DNA of 48,069 bases from NCBI GenBank assembly GCA_964415875.1, contig CAYQCB010000001.1:1-48069 (forward strand), read 5' to 3'. This DNA comes from an uncultured Candidatus Saccharibacteria bacterium. Its GTDB lineage: Bacteria; Patescibacteriota; Minisyncoccia; Phycocordibacterales; Phycocordibacteraceae. The translations under genes and the position numbers were made by a program. Positions 24,701-34,591 of this stretch are shown in pieces. Every line of letters starts with the position of its first letter. Positions within the stretch are counted from its first letter, which is position 1. Below the pieces are notes generated by a model. It ran no database searches. It was not told the DNA's origin and worked only from the letters and a program-made list of their open reading frames with translations.

Positions 24701-27540
24701 CGCTTGAGCAGCGCGAGCACAGCATCATACTCTGATGCACTTCCCGTTCTCCACTCGCCGCTGCGAAGCTCGCGTACCACGTCGTCAAACTCAGAAAGCG
24801 CCTTCTCACGCTCTGCTTTCCCGATGGGAACCTGAACCTCTTTAAGGCCAGCCTCAGAAATGCCGAGCAACAACGCACGGTCCACGCCTTCCTGCATGTC
24901 CGAGAGCATTTGAGCATAAAGAGCGAGCTGGCGTGTGTAGGACTCATTCTTTGCAGAAACAGAGCTGCCGGTCTTAAAGTCTGCAAGCACCAACCCGTCG
25001 TTCGTGCGAAAGACGGCATCTATTTTTCCGCCAAACTGCACAAGCTCTCCATCAACCTCGCGCGACGCACTTGCCGCATACTCCACGTGCACATTCTCTC
25101 CCAAGGTGTCGAGCGCGCCCTGTGCGGCAAGAAAAGCACTCCACGCTTCGGAGCGGAGCTTTTCGAAGGTGGCGTCTCGCGTGAGTAGCGAACGCGCAAA
25201 GACGCGTTCAAAAGCGTTACGCACTGCATCCGCAGATTCTTTCAAAAAGTAGGCAGCGAGTGCCGCATGCACGGCCGTGCCGTACACAAGTGCGCCTGCC
25301 GGTGGCTCACTCACTCGCAACACGCGACGCGCAAAGAATGTGGCGGGCGACTCTAAGTACTCATTAATTGCTGAGGGCGAAAGACGCCCGCTCGAGAGAT
25401 ACTCATGTGTCAAAGTACGCACCAACTCGCTTGCACGGATAGTGGTGTGGAGTACGGGAAGTGCCTCACCCTGGAGGTCTGCTCGAGGAAGGTCGGCCGG
25501 CAACAGTGCCGTCAAAAGCCGGTCGCGGCCGTCGGCAGATTCTTTCGCATAGGAAACATATACTTGGTCCTTGGCGCGCGTGAGGGCCACGTACAGAAGC
25601 CGGCGAGCATCATCAAGCGACTGTTTTTGTTCAAATGGCGACGGGATGACAGAGCCGCGTCCTCCCTTTTCCCATACGGTCTCAGTACACTCTGGAATGA
25701 TCACGTATTGAAATTCCATGCCCTTGGCCTTGTGCGCCGTAATCACCGTTATGCAACCCTCGCGCTCAGTGACGGCAACCTTTACCGGAGAGAGACCCTC
25801 GGCCCGCGCCGTCAACAAAGCACTTACTGCCTCAGCAAACGTAGACGCTCGTACGCCATAGGTCGCTTCTTCCAAATGCATGACCAGCTTGCGCACCAGA
25901 GAAATGTCTTCGAGTGTCTCTGCGTGGCTCAAGAGATAGTCGCGGGCGCCGCTCTCGCTAAAAATGTAGGAGAAGACAGCGACTGGGGACGCCGTCAAGC
26001 TGTAGGCAATACACGCCTGAATGATTGCTGCTGTTTTAGGATGCGCTTCAGACAGTCGCGCGGTGAATTCACGGTCATTCGTCGTGCGTAGAAACGTAAG
26101 CAGCTCAACCGTCGGCTCGTTCCACCACGGCGCGAGCAGTGCAATGCGCAGAGGGCCATTGTGTGTAGGATCCCCCACGTACTCCATGAGTGCGATGAGT
26201 GCGCGCATGAGCGGCCGCGCCGTGAGCGACACGTCTCCCGCACGCAGTACCGGTAAGGCGCGCGCGGAAAGCGCGTCCGCAAAGACAGTCGCCGTTTCGT
26301 TGGTACGCGTAATGACGGCAATGTCGTGTGGCGCCACCCCGCTGGCGACAAGCGAGTGTGCAAGCTCTGCAATGCGCGCGCGTTCGTCGAGCGGATCGTC
26401 TGCCACCAGAAGTGAGACGCTGCCACCCTCCCCGCGCGTGGCTGACAATTCCACGTGAGTCCCGGTAGACGCCACAATGGTGTGCGCAGTATCAAGCACG
26501 CGCTGATAGGAGCGAAATGATGAGGCGAGCGAAATTTTTACCGCACGAGGGAACCGCTTCTCAAACGACTCAAATGCACCTGCCTCGGCACCTTGAAAGC
26601 GATAAATTGCCTGTTTATCATCTCCCACCACAAACAGATTCGGGTAATCATCAATGGCAAAGAGTTCCAGAAGCTTGTGTTGGAGCGCATTGGCATCCTG
26701 GTGCTCGTCAGCAAGGATGTACTGGTAGCGTTCCTGCAAATCGCTGCGCAAGCTCTCATCAGAAGCAATACGTGCGATCGTGTCTGAAAGCAGTCCAGCA
26801 AAATCAATGACGCTGCGCTCGCGTTTTAACGCATCGTACGCTTCAAGCACTCGGGCAGCTTCTTCAACTTTTTCAAAGCGAGCTACCTTTTCCTGACCCG
26901 CCTTCGTGAGCGTGCCTGCTTGTGCGCCTCGCTTGTAGAGCAGTGACTCGTCAGAGGCGGTCAACGCTGCTTCTTGCACACCCCATGCTCGGTACGCCTC
27001 GAGCGAGACGGCTTCGCGCGTCAGCGTGTCGTAGAGCGAACGCAGTTCACGCACATACGTATACGGCGCCTTCGCCGGACGCAGAAGATCAACCGCAGAT
27101 CGTTCAAGCGCCTCTCGCATAAGCAGCCAACCCTCAACGTCACCCATTACCCGGAAGTTCGCCGTTTCAGAAAACGAACGTGCGTACTCAGCGCGCACGA
27201 GCTCAGCGAACCCGTGAAAGGTGGTGATGGTCACTTTACGCGCCACCTCTTCGCCAATGATTTGAGTAAGGCGCCGACGCATAGTGCGCACAGCCGAGTC
27301 GGTAAAGGTGAGGGCGAGCACGGCGTCAGCGCGCGCCTGCGTCTTGGCGAGGATGTTTGCAATCCGGAGCGTGAGCACGTGCGTCTTCCCTGTGCCTGGG
27401 CCAGCGCTCACTACGACTGGTCCTTCAACCGTGTCCACAGCCTTCTTTTGCTCGGCGTTCAGCGAGGCGTACGCACTGTCAAAAACGGCTGTGTCTGGCA
27501 TTACACTCCAGTGTACCGCACGAGGCGTATAGATATTCAA
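24697..27540 (-). CDS. UvrD/PcrA-family helicase with a C-terminal PD-(D/E)XK nuclease domain
   Basis: Walker A AGPGTGKT and motif II LADEHQDAN. C-terminal GKIDAVF...VLADFKTG nuclease-like motif. Confidence 0.8.
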   Translation of the reverse strand: MNIYTPRAVHWSVMPDTAVFDSAYASLNAEQKKAVDTVEGPVVVSAGPGTGKTHVLTLRIANILAKTQARADAVLALTFTDSAVRTMRRRLTQIIGEEVARKVTITTFHGFAELVRAEYARSFSETANFRVMGDVEGWLLMREALERSAVDLLRPAKAPYTYVRELRSLYDTLTREAVSLEAYRAWGVQEAALTASDESLLYKRGAQAGTLTKAGQEKVARFEKVEEAARVLEAYDALKRERSVIDFAGLLSDTIARIASDESLRSDLQERYQYILADEHQDANALQHKLLELFAIDDYPNLFVVGDDKQAIYRFQGAEAGAFESFEKRFPRAVKISLASSFRSYQRVLDTAHTIVASTGTHVELSATRGEGGSVSLLVADDPLDERARIAELAHSLVASGVAPHDIAVITRTNETATVFADALSARALPVLRAGDVSLTARPLMRALIALMEYVGDPTHNGPLRIALLAPWWNEPTVELLTFLRTTNDREFTARLSEAHPKTAAIIQACIAYSLTASPVAVFSYIFSESGARDYLLSHAETLEDISLVRKLVMHLEEATYGVRASTFAEAVSALLTARAEGLSPVKVAVTEREGCITVITAHKAKGMEFQYVIIPECTETVWEKGGRGSVIPSPFEQKQSLDDARRLLYVALTRAKDQVYVSYAKESADGRDRLLTALLPADLPRADLQGEALPVLHTTIRASELVRTLTHEYLSSGRLSPSAINEYLESPATFFARRVLRVSEPPAGALVYGTAVHAALAAYFLKESADAVRNAFERVFARSLLTRDATFEKLRSEAWSAFLAAQGALDTLGENVHVEYAASASREVDGELVQFGGKIDAVFRTNDGLVLADFKTGSSVSAKNESYTRQLALYAQMLSDMQEGVDRALLLGISEAGLKEVQVPIGKAEREKALSEFDDVVRELRSGEWRTGSASEYDAVLALLKR

Positions 27541-27616
27541 AATTTGACATTATTATATAATCGTAGTAGCACGCACCCAGCGCAAACCAGTTCTTGATTA
27601 CATAAGGAGACAGGAT

Positions 27617-27835
27617 ATGGATAGAGACCGCTTCATCGAACAGCTAGCTGCCCTCGTTGCTGACTGCATGAGCAGTACCGACCCGGCCGTATACACCTCA
27701 GCTGGTATGCTGGTGACGCTCCAGGGAGCACTCCTCGCCGGAGACTCATTCCTTAAGGAGCTCCTGGATGCAAACCGGGCCGTTTGTCGAAAACAAGCGG
27801 CAGAGCTACGGCGGATAGTTTCCGGTAACTTGTGA
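27617..27835 (+). CDS. hypothetical 72-aa protein
   Basis: AAGGAG lies 8 nt upstream of the ATG. Followed by a hairpin and T-run. Confidence 0.45.
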   Translation: MDRDRFIEQLAALVADCMSSTDPAVYTSAGMLVTLQGALLAGDSFLKELLDANRAVCRKQAAELRRIVSGNL

Positions 27836-27852
27836 GCAACCGTCCCACAAAG

Positions 27853-27889
27853 AAGACCGCTCTGGTCTTAGTGGGGCGGTTTTCTTTTG
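27853..27889. terminator. hairpin plus T-run between convergent genes
   Basis: AAGACC-gctct-GGTCTT nested in ACCGC...GCGGT, followed by TTTCTTTTG. Confidence 0.5.
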
Positions 27890-27900
27890 CAGTGCTTCGC

Positions 27901-29145
27901 TTAATAACTCTTCAGATGGCGCGCGCGGTCGTGGGTGCGGATTTTCTCCAACGCCTTTGCTTCAATTTGGCGGATGCGCTCGCGCGTGACCCCAAACTTC
28001 TTTCCCACTTCTTCGAGCGTGTGATAAATACCGTCCATAAGGCCGTGACGCATTTCAAGAATCTTACGCTCCTTGGGTGAAAGGTCTTCAAGAATTGCTC
28101 GCACCTGCTCGCCCAAGATACGCTCCGACGATTCCTGGATGGGTGACGGAATGCGGTCGTCAGCAATAAAATCACCGAGCGTTGATGTTTCGTCGTCGTC
28201 TCGTCCTACTGGGTTCTCAAGAGAAAGCGTGTCCTGGTTGATTTTTTCTATTTGGTAAATCTTCTCCGGTTCAACGCCCATTTCAACGGCAATCTCCTCT
28301 GGCTGAGGATCGCGACCAAGCGCCTGCGAGAGACGACGCGAAATCTGTTTGTATTTCGCAATGGTCTCTACCATGTGCACTGGTATGCGAATCGTGCGCG
28401 ACTGGTCAGCGAGCGCGCGAGTAATGGCCTGGCGAATCCACCACGTAGCATACGTAGAAAACTTATAGCCCTTCTTCCAATCAAACTTGTCGACGGCGCG
28501 GAAAAGACCAATGTTCCCTTCTTGAATCAAGTCAAGGAGCGTGAGGTCGGCAGAACGGCCAACGTACTTCTTTGCAATGGAAACCACGAGCCGCAGGTTG
28601 CTGCGTGCGAGAATGTTGCGCGCCTCAGCGTCACTCTTCTCGATGCGCTTTGCAAGCTCACGTTCCTCGGCTGCCGTGAGGAGCGGGTACTGCCCTATCT
28701 CACGTAGATAAATCTGGATAGAATCGTAGCCCGTTGAGTGGCGGTCTTTAATGTTGCGCGTCGCGAGGTATTCGTCAGCAGTGTCTTCGAGCATGCCGCC
28801 TTCGAGCACGTCCACACCAGCGGTGGCAAGCCGCTCGTAGAGCGACTCGAGAAAATTCACATCGTCTTCAACGTGAGGAAATGATTTTAAAATTTCACTG
28901 TAGGTAACGTAGCCGCGTTCCTTTCCCTTTTCAATAAGAATCTCGGCCGACTCCTTTTTCTGCGACGAAGCTTTTGACTTAGACACGCTTGCGGCTGCGC
29001 GTACCACGCGCTTCGCCGTGACCTTGCCGCGTGTCACGCTTGCAGCTTTCTGTGCCTGCTTCTTTGCAGGAGCAGCTTTTTTAGCGACCGTTTTTTTAAC
29101 GGGCGTCTTTGCAGCACTTTTCCTTTTTGGAGATGTTTTTGCCAT
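27901..29145 (-). CDS. rpoD: RNA polymerase sigma-70 factor
   Basis: Lys/Ala-rich N-terminus. Region 2 [18 protein letters not shown]. Region 4 [24 protein letters not shown]. Confidence 0.9.
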   Translation of the reverse strand: MAKTSPKRKSAAKTPVKKTVAKKAAPAKKQAQKAASVTRGKVTAKRVVRAAASVSKSKASSQKKESAEILIEKGKERGYVTYSEILKSFPHVEDDVNFLESLYERLATAGVDVLEGGMLEDTADEYLATRNIKDRHSTGYDSIQIYLREIGQYPLLTAAEERELAKRIEKSDAEARNILARSNLRLVVSIAKKYVGRSADLTLLDLIQEGNIGLFRAVDKFDWKKGYKFSTYATWWIRQAITRALADQSRTIRIPVHMVETIAKYKQISRRLSQALGRDPQPEEIAVEMGVEPEKIYQIEKINQDTLSLENPVGRDDDETSTLGDFIADDRIPSPIQESSERILGEQVRAILEDLSPKERKILEMRHGLMDGIYHTLEEVGKKFGVTRERIRQIEAKALEKIRTHDRARHLKSY

Positions 29146-29165
29146 GAGTATAAGATGAGTCGCAA

Positions 29166-30845
29166 TCAGTGGGTAAGGCTTGCGAGGCGAGCGGCTATAG
29201 TTTGACAGCGTGCCTCCGCCAACTCGATCTGCACCGGAGAGCCATCTGACTCGGCTCTACGCAACTGCTGTACTGCTTCTTGATACGCGCGACGTACCAG
29301 CGTTTCTTCAAACGCGCGAAGCAAATCATCTGCGGCATGAGTGTCCGGGGCCTCACCAAAGATATCTTCTGTCTCAAAAAGCACTGACTCAGAAGGTACC
29401 TCTTCAGGTAGACTCGACGCCTCAGTAATTCGAAGATACTCTGCTTTTACGCGCTGCGCAAGCGTCGTTCCTTTATAAACGTGGAGAACGGCGAGCACCT
29501 GCTCAGCACGATGCTGATGGGGATCAACGCTCTTGCGAGCAGGTACGGCCATAGGCGTTTCTACAGCTGGAGATGCCTGAGGCAGCCGCTTAAGCGATTC
29601 GCGCACCGACTCAACTGAGAGCCCGAGCGTGCGCGCCGCCGCAGTGGCAAAGTGCTCACGCTCCATGGGGCTCGAAATGGCGCGAATGAGCGGCAAGACA
29701 ATGCGTTCTGAGAGCGACAGCAGACGGTGAGAGTCATGTTCCTGTGCAGAAAGCACAGCGAGGAAGAACTCAACCACCGGCTTTGCGCCCTGCAGGCAGA
29801 GAGCAAACGCTTTGGGGTCCTCACTAAGCAAGTCTGCCGGGTCTTTTCCGTGCGGCAACTGCACTGCCTTCACCTTCAATCCTTCGCTGAGGGAAAGCAC
29901 TGCGGCCTTTGCTGTGGCACCCAAACCAGCCGGGTCAGCATCAAGCATGAGCATGAGGTTCTCACTGTAGCGCTTCAGAAGCGCTACGTGTCGAGCGCTA
30001 AGCGCAGTACCCGAGAGCGCTACGGCATTTTTGAATCCCGCCTGATGCGCATGAATGACGTCCATCTGCCCCTCCACAAGCAGCGCATAGCGACGCGTGC
30101 GAATCGCCTCCTTTGCGCGATCCAGGCCGAAAAGCAGTTCAGACTTGTGATAGAGCTCGGTCTCTGGCGAGTTCAGGTACTTTGCCGGATCTTCGCTTGA
30201 AAGCGCGCGGCCAGTAAACGCCACAACGCGGCCAGCACTGTCGTGAATAGGAAAGATAAGACGATTTCGGAACCGATCGTAGTACGTCCCTGGCTTGCCG
30301 TCGGCTTCTTTTATGAGCCCGGCGGCAATTAATTCCGCAACGGTAAAACCTTCGGAAGACAGTGCTTCGAGCAGTGAGCGCCACGAATCAGGAGCGTACC
30401 CGAGTCCCCAGCCTTTGATCGTCTCTTCAGAGAGTTTGCGCGAGAGCGCGTACGCGTGGGCAGCGCTTCCCGGAAGATTGCCCGCATACCATGCTGAGGC
30501 CTTTTGCATGGCAAGGCGCAGACGATCCTGCCGCGTGCGCAGCGCAGAGACGTCAGCCGAGTATTCAAGCGGTACACCTGCCTTCTCGGCAAGTTGCTTC
30601 AGCGCCTCTTTGAAGTCTACGCCCTCTATCTTCTGTACAAAGGAGAACATGTCGCCGCTCTCATTGCATCCAAAGCAGTGGTAGCTGCCCCGCTCGCTCG
30701 ACACATGAAACGACGGCGACTTCTCCTTGTGGAAAGGACACAGTCCGACAAGGGACCTGCCTCTGCGTGTAAGTGGAACGTAGGGTCGTATTACGGCTTC
30801 AATGGAGAGGCGGTCTTTGATTTGTGCGACCGTATCTCCCTTCAT
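29166..30845 (-). CDS. dnaG: DNA primase
   Basis: Zinc finger [14 protein letters not shown]...YHCFGC. TOPRIM block LVEGQMDV...LDADPAG. Confidence 0.9.
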   Translation of the reverse strand: MKGDTVAQIKDRLSIEAVIRPYVPLTRRGRSLVGLCPFHKEKSPSFHVSSERGSYHCFGCNESGDMFSFVQKIEGVDFKEALKQLAEKAGVPLEYSADVSALRTRQDRLRLAMQKASAWYAGNLPGSAAHAYALSRKLSEETIKGWGLGYAPDSWRSLLEALSSEGFTVAELIAAGLIKEADGKPGTYYDRFRNRLIFPIHDSAGRVVAFTGRALSSEDPAKYLNSPETELYHKSELLFGLDRAKEAIRTRRYALLVEGQMDVIHAHQAGFKNAVALSGTALSARHVALLKRYSENLMLMLDADPAGLGATAKAAVLSLSEGLKVKAVQLPHGKDPADLLSEDPKAFALCLQGAKPVVEFFLAVLSAQEHDSHRLLSLSERIVLPLIRAISSPMEREHFATAAARTLGLSVESVRESLKRLPQASPAVETPMAVPARKSVDPHQHRAEQVLAVLHVYKGTTLAQRVKAEYLRITEASSLPEEVPSESVLFETEDIFGEAPDTHAADDLLRAFEETLVRRAYQEAVQQLRRAESDGSPVQIELAEARCQTIAARLASLTH

Positions 30846-30848
30846 GAA

Positions 30849-33800
30849 TTAAGACTGCCCCGCGTTTTGCGTACGCGCCGCGTAACTTGCACGCTCTTCG
30901 GAGTGCACGGGCGCCGGGCGCTCCCGCTGCAACTGCGCAATCATTGCTTGCTTCTTGCTGCCCACGAAGCCCGTACCCGCTGGGATAAGCCGGCCCAGGA
31001 TCACGTTCTCCTTCAAGCCGCGCAGCCGGTCAACCGAACCCTTAAGCGCTGCGTTAATGAGAATCTTCGTCGTCTGCTCAAATGAGGCGGCTGAGAGGAA
31101 TGAGCGGCGAGAAAGGGCGCTTTCCTTGATGCCAAGCACCACTTCACGAGCCTTTGGCGGCAACTTTCCTGCTTCCTCCATGTCTTTGATTGCCTGCGCA
31201 AATTCCCAGTCTTCGAGCGAATCGCCCACCGAAAACTCAGTGTCTCCGGCGTCGGTGACTTTCACGCGACTGAACATTTGCTTCACTACCACTTCGAGGT
31301 GTTTGCGCGAGACTGGTGCACCCTGCAGTTCGTACACCTTAGCGATTTCAGCAATGATGTATTCCTGCACAGCAGCACGTCCTGCATACTCAAAAAGATC
31401 ATCGAGGTCAACAGAGCCGTCAGTGATAATCTGCCCGCGCACAACAGCATCACCTTCTTTTACCAATGGCACGCGCGGATACGGTGCAAGGTATTCGTAC
31501 GAAGAGCCGTCTTTCTTTCCTTGACCAGCCATAGGCGCAACGACGATAACCTTCTCCTTGCCGGCTTCCTTGATGTCGGTAACGAGACCGTCTGACTTAG
31601 AGATGACGGCCGGGTTCTTTGGAGAGCGCTTCTCGAAAAGTTCCTCAACGCGCGGCAGACCGCTCGTAATGTCACCGCCCACCGACGCCACACCGCCCGC
31701 GTGGAAGGTGCGCATCGTGAGCTGCGTACCCGGCTCGCCGATTGCTTGCGCCGCCACCGTTCCCACTGCTTCGCCGAGATCAATCATCTCCTGCGACGTA
31801 AGGTCCATACCGTAGCAGGTCTGGCACACGCCATACCGAGTCTCGCAAGTCATTGGAGAACGAGCTACGACCCCTTCTACCGTAGAAGCAGCGAGCACTT
31901 CTGCGTCGGCGCGCGTGAGGTACGCACCGCGCTTGAAGAGCACAATGCCGTCCATGTCCTTTGCGTCCTCAGCGAGCACGCGGCCCGTCAGCGCTTCTGC
32001 GTAATCTACCTGCACGCCCGAGGCGCTTACGCGGCCGATTTTCACACCACGCTTCGTGGTGCAATCGTGCTCAATCACGATCGAGTCCTGAGCCACGTCA
32101 AAGAGACGACGCGTGAGGTACCCCGCTTTCGCCGTACCGAGCGCCGTGTCAGCAAGCCCTTTGCGCGAACCGTGGCTACTCATGAAGTACTCCACCGGAT
32201 TCAAGCCCTCCATCATTGACGAGGTCACTGGCACCTCAATCGTCTCACCGGCCGTGTTCTGAATGAGACCCTTCATGCCGATCATCTGCGAGAGGTTGCT
32301 GATAGACCCGCGTGCGCCGGAGCGGATGATGTCCGTTACTGGGCTCATGGGGTCAAGGCCTGCCTCAATAGCACGCTCTACTTCCTGCTTTGCACCCTGC
32401 CAAAGCTCCACAGCCATGCGGTGCTTCTCGTCGTTGGAGAGCAGTCCGGCCTGGTAGTCTGCCTCGAGTCGCGTGGCGCGTTCGCGCGCTCCTGCCAGAA
32501 TTTCCTTTTTCTCCGCTGGCACAGAAATGTCTGAGAGTGACCACGTAACGCCCGAGCGTGTAGCGTACTCGAATCCGAATCGCTTAACGCGGTTCACAAT
32601 GCCTGGCACAGCAGCAAGACCGTACCGAGTAATACACTCGTTCACAATGCGACCAAGCACTTTCTTGGTGATGGCATCGTTCACATACGGATAGTCCTGT
32701 GGCAGCACGGTGTTGAGCAAGAGTCGTCCGACCGTTGTCTCAAAAATCTTGCCGTCAAACTGTGCGTACTTTTCCTTTCCCGGACTCGGCAACACGTGCA
32801 TTGGAGCGCGCAAACCGAGAGCACCGTAGTCATAGGCAAGAATAGCGCTGTTAGGCGAGGAAAAATAATCTCCAGCGCCTTTGCTGTCGTCAATCACCCG
32901 CGTAAGCCAGTAGACGCCGAGCGCAATATCGTGCGACGTAGAGACCACCGGTGCGCCACTTCCCGGCTTCAAGATGTTCTTGTTGGCGCTCATGATGTTT
33001 GCTGCTTCCCATTGCGCCTCTTCTGAAAGCGGCACATGGACTGCCATCTGGTCACCGTCGAAGTCTGCGTTAAAGGCCTGGCACACGAGTGGGTGGAGGC
33101 GAATAGCGTCGCCCTCAATGAGTCGTGGGCGAAAGGCCTGAATACCTTGGCGGTGCAGCGTCGGCGCGCGGTTCAGAAGCACATGCTTTCCTTCAATGGC
33201 TTCTTCGAGAATTTCCCACACCTCGCTCACGCCGTCCTCAATCAAGCGCCCTGCGCCGCGGATGTTGAACGCAAGCTCGCGCTCCAAAAGGCCAGCGATA
33301 ACAAAGGGACGGAACAGCTCGAGTGCCATGTGCTTAGGGAGACCGCACTCGTCGAGCTCCAGGTCTGGTCCCACCACAATCACTGAGCGACCTGAGTAGT
33401 CCACGCGCTTACCGAGCAAGTTCTGACGGAAGTACCCTTGCTTACCCTTCAAGTAGTCCGCAAGACTCTTGAGCGGGCGGCGCTGCGCTGGGGTGAGTGC
33501 ACCCGCTGAGGCACCTCCCTTGCGGATTGAGTTGTCGAGCAGTGCATCTACCGCTTCCTGCAAAATGCGCTTCTCGTTTCGCAGAATCACTTCAGGCGCG
33601 TGGATGTCGATGAGCTTCTTCAGACGATTGTTGCGGTTGATGACGCGACGGTAGAGATCGTTGAGGTCGCTCGTTGCGTGACGGCCGCCCTCAAGGGCCA
33701 CCATAGGGCGCAGTGCTGGTGGAATCACTGGAATGCGCGTGAGGAAGAGCCACTCTGGGCGGATGCCCGCAGCAATAAATCCTGCAATGAGCGAGAGACG

Positions 33801-34571
33801 CTTCGCAAGCTTCTCGCGTTCAGCTGCGCCAGCCTTCTCATAGCGTGCTTCGAGTTCACTCTCGAGCTTCTTCAAATCAACGGAGCGGAAGATATCGTAG
33901 ATTGCCTCCGCACCAATACGCGCCTCGAAAAGACCGCCGTACTTTACCGAGTAGCGGTGGTACTCCATTTCATCGAGCACTTTGCCAACAACGACACCCT
34001 CAATCTCAGATTTCGCTGGCGTCATGCGCTCCTTGAGCGCGTCGCGCTCTTTGTCGGTAGCGGCTGATTTGTATTTCGACTTGTACTCGCTCTCAAGTTC
34101 GCCGAGCAAGTGCTTCTTTTCTTCTTCGTGCACCTTGGTGATGATGTGTCCTGCGAAGTAAACCACCTTTTCAATGTCAGCGGCAGAAGTGCCGAGCACG
34201 AGCGCCATGCGGCTTGGCACAGAACGCAAGAACCAGATGTGTGCTACCGGCGTGCACAGCTCGATGTGGCCCATGCGCTCTCTTCGCACGATGGAGCGCG
34301 TGATTTCGACGCCGCATTTGTCACACACAATGCCCTTGTAGCGGATACCTTTGTATTTACCGCAATAACACTCGTAGTCTTTCTCCGGGCCGAAGATTTT
34401 TTCATCAAAAAGGCCGTGCTTCTCAGAGCGCTGTGTGCGGTAGTTAATCGTCTCGGGCTTGGTTACTTCGCCGCTACTCCACGCGAGAATACGCTCTGGA
34501 GAAGCCAGGGCGAGGCGAAGGCCATTCCAGGCGTCGCGAGCAGGAAACGGTTTGCGCGGTGTTGGTGCCAT
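30849..34571 (-). CDS. rpoC: RNA polymerase subunit beta'
   Basis: NADFDGDQM catalytic loop. Zinc motif CYCGKYKG...CDKCG. 1240 aa. Confidence 0.95.
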   Translation of the reverse strand: MAPTPRKPFPARDAWNGLRLALASPERILAWSSGEVTKPETINYRTQRSEKHGLFDEKIFGPEKDYECYCGKYKGIRYKGIVCDKCGVEITRSIVRRERMGHIELCTPVAHIWFLRSVPSRMALVLGTSAADIEKVVYFAGHIITKVHEEEKKHLLGELESEYKSKYKSAATDKERDALKERMTPAKSEIEGVVVGKVLDEMEYHRYSVKYGGLFEARIGAEAIYDIFRSVDLKKLESELEARYEKAGAAEREKLAKRLSLIAGFIAAGIRPEWLFLTRIPVIPPALRPMVALEGGRHATSDLNDLYRRVINRNNRLKKLIDIHAPEVILRNEKRILQEAVDALLDNSIRKGGASAGALTPAQRRPLKSLADYLKGKQGYFRQNLLGKRVDYSGRSVIVVGPDLELDECGLPKHMALELFRPFVIAGLLERELAFNIRGAGRLIEDGVSEVWEILEEAIEGKHVLLNRAPTLHRQGIQAFRPRLIEGDAIRLHPLVCQAFNADFDGDQMAVHVPLSEEAQWEAANIMSANKNILKPGSGAPVVSTSHDIALGVYWLTRVIDDSKGAGDYFSSPNSAILAYDYGALGLRAPMHVLPSPGKEKYAQFDGKIFETTVGRLLLNTVLPQDYPYVNDAITKKVLGRIVNECITRYGLAAVPGIVNRVKRFGFEYATRSGVTWSLSDISVPAEKKEILAGARERATRLEADYQAGLLSNDEKHRMAVELWQGAKQEVERAIEAGLDPMSPVTDIIRSGARGSISNLSQMIGMKGLIQNTAGETIEVPVTSSMMEGLNPVEYFMSSHGSRKGLADTALGTAKAGYLTRRLFDVAQDSIVIEHDCTTKRGVKIGRVSASGVQVDYAEALTGRVLAEDAKDMDGIVLFKRGAYLTRADAEVLAASTVEGVVARSPMTCETRYGVCQTCYGMDLTSQEMIDLGEAVGTVAAQAIGEPGTQLTMRTFHAGGVASVGGDITSGLPRVEELFEKRSPKNPAVISKSDGLVTDIKEAGKEKVIVVAPMAGQGKKDGSSYEYLAPYPRVPLVKEGDAVVRGQIITDGSVDLDDLFEYAGRAAVQEYIIAEIAKVYELQGAPVSRKHLEVVVKQMFSRVKVTDAGDTEFSVGDSLEDWEFAQAIKDMEEAGKLPPKAREVVLGIKESALSRRSFLSAASFEQTTKILINAALKGSVDRLRGLKENVILGRLIPAGTGFVGSKKQAMIAQLQRERPAPVHSEERASYAARTQNAGQS

Positions 34572-34591
34572 AGTAGTTTCGTGAAGTGCGG

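Noticed and set aside
27544-27561. Consensus TTGACA and TATAAT hexamers upstream of the 72-aa ORF.
   Set aside because: They are only 6 nt apart and so cannot act together as a -35/-10 pair. TATAAT alone might serve as a -10 element, but I cannot support a promoter call.
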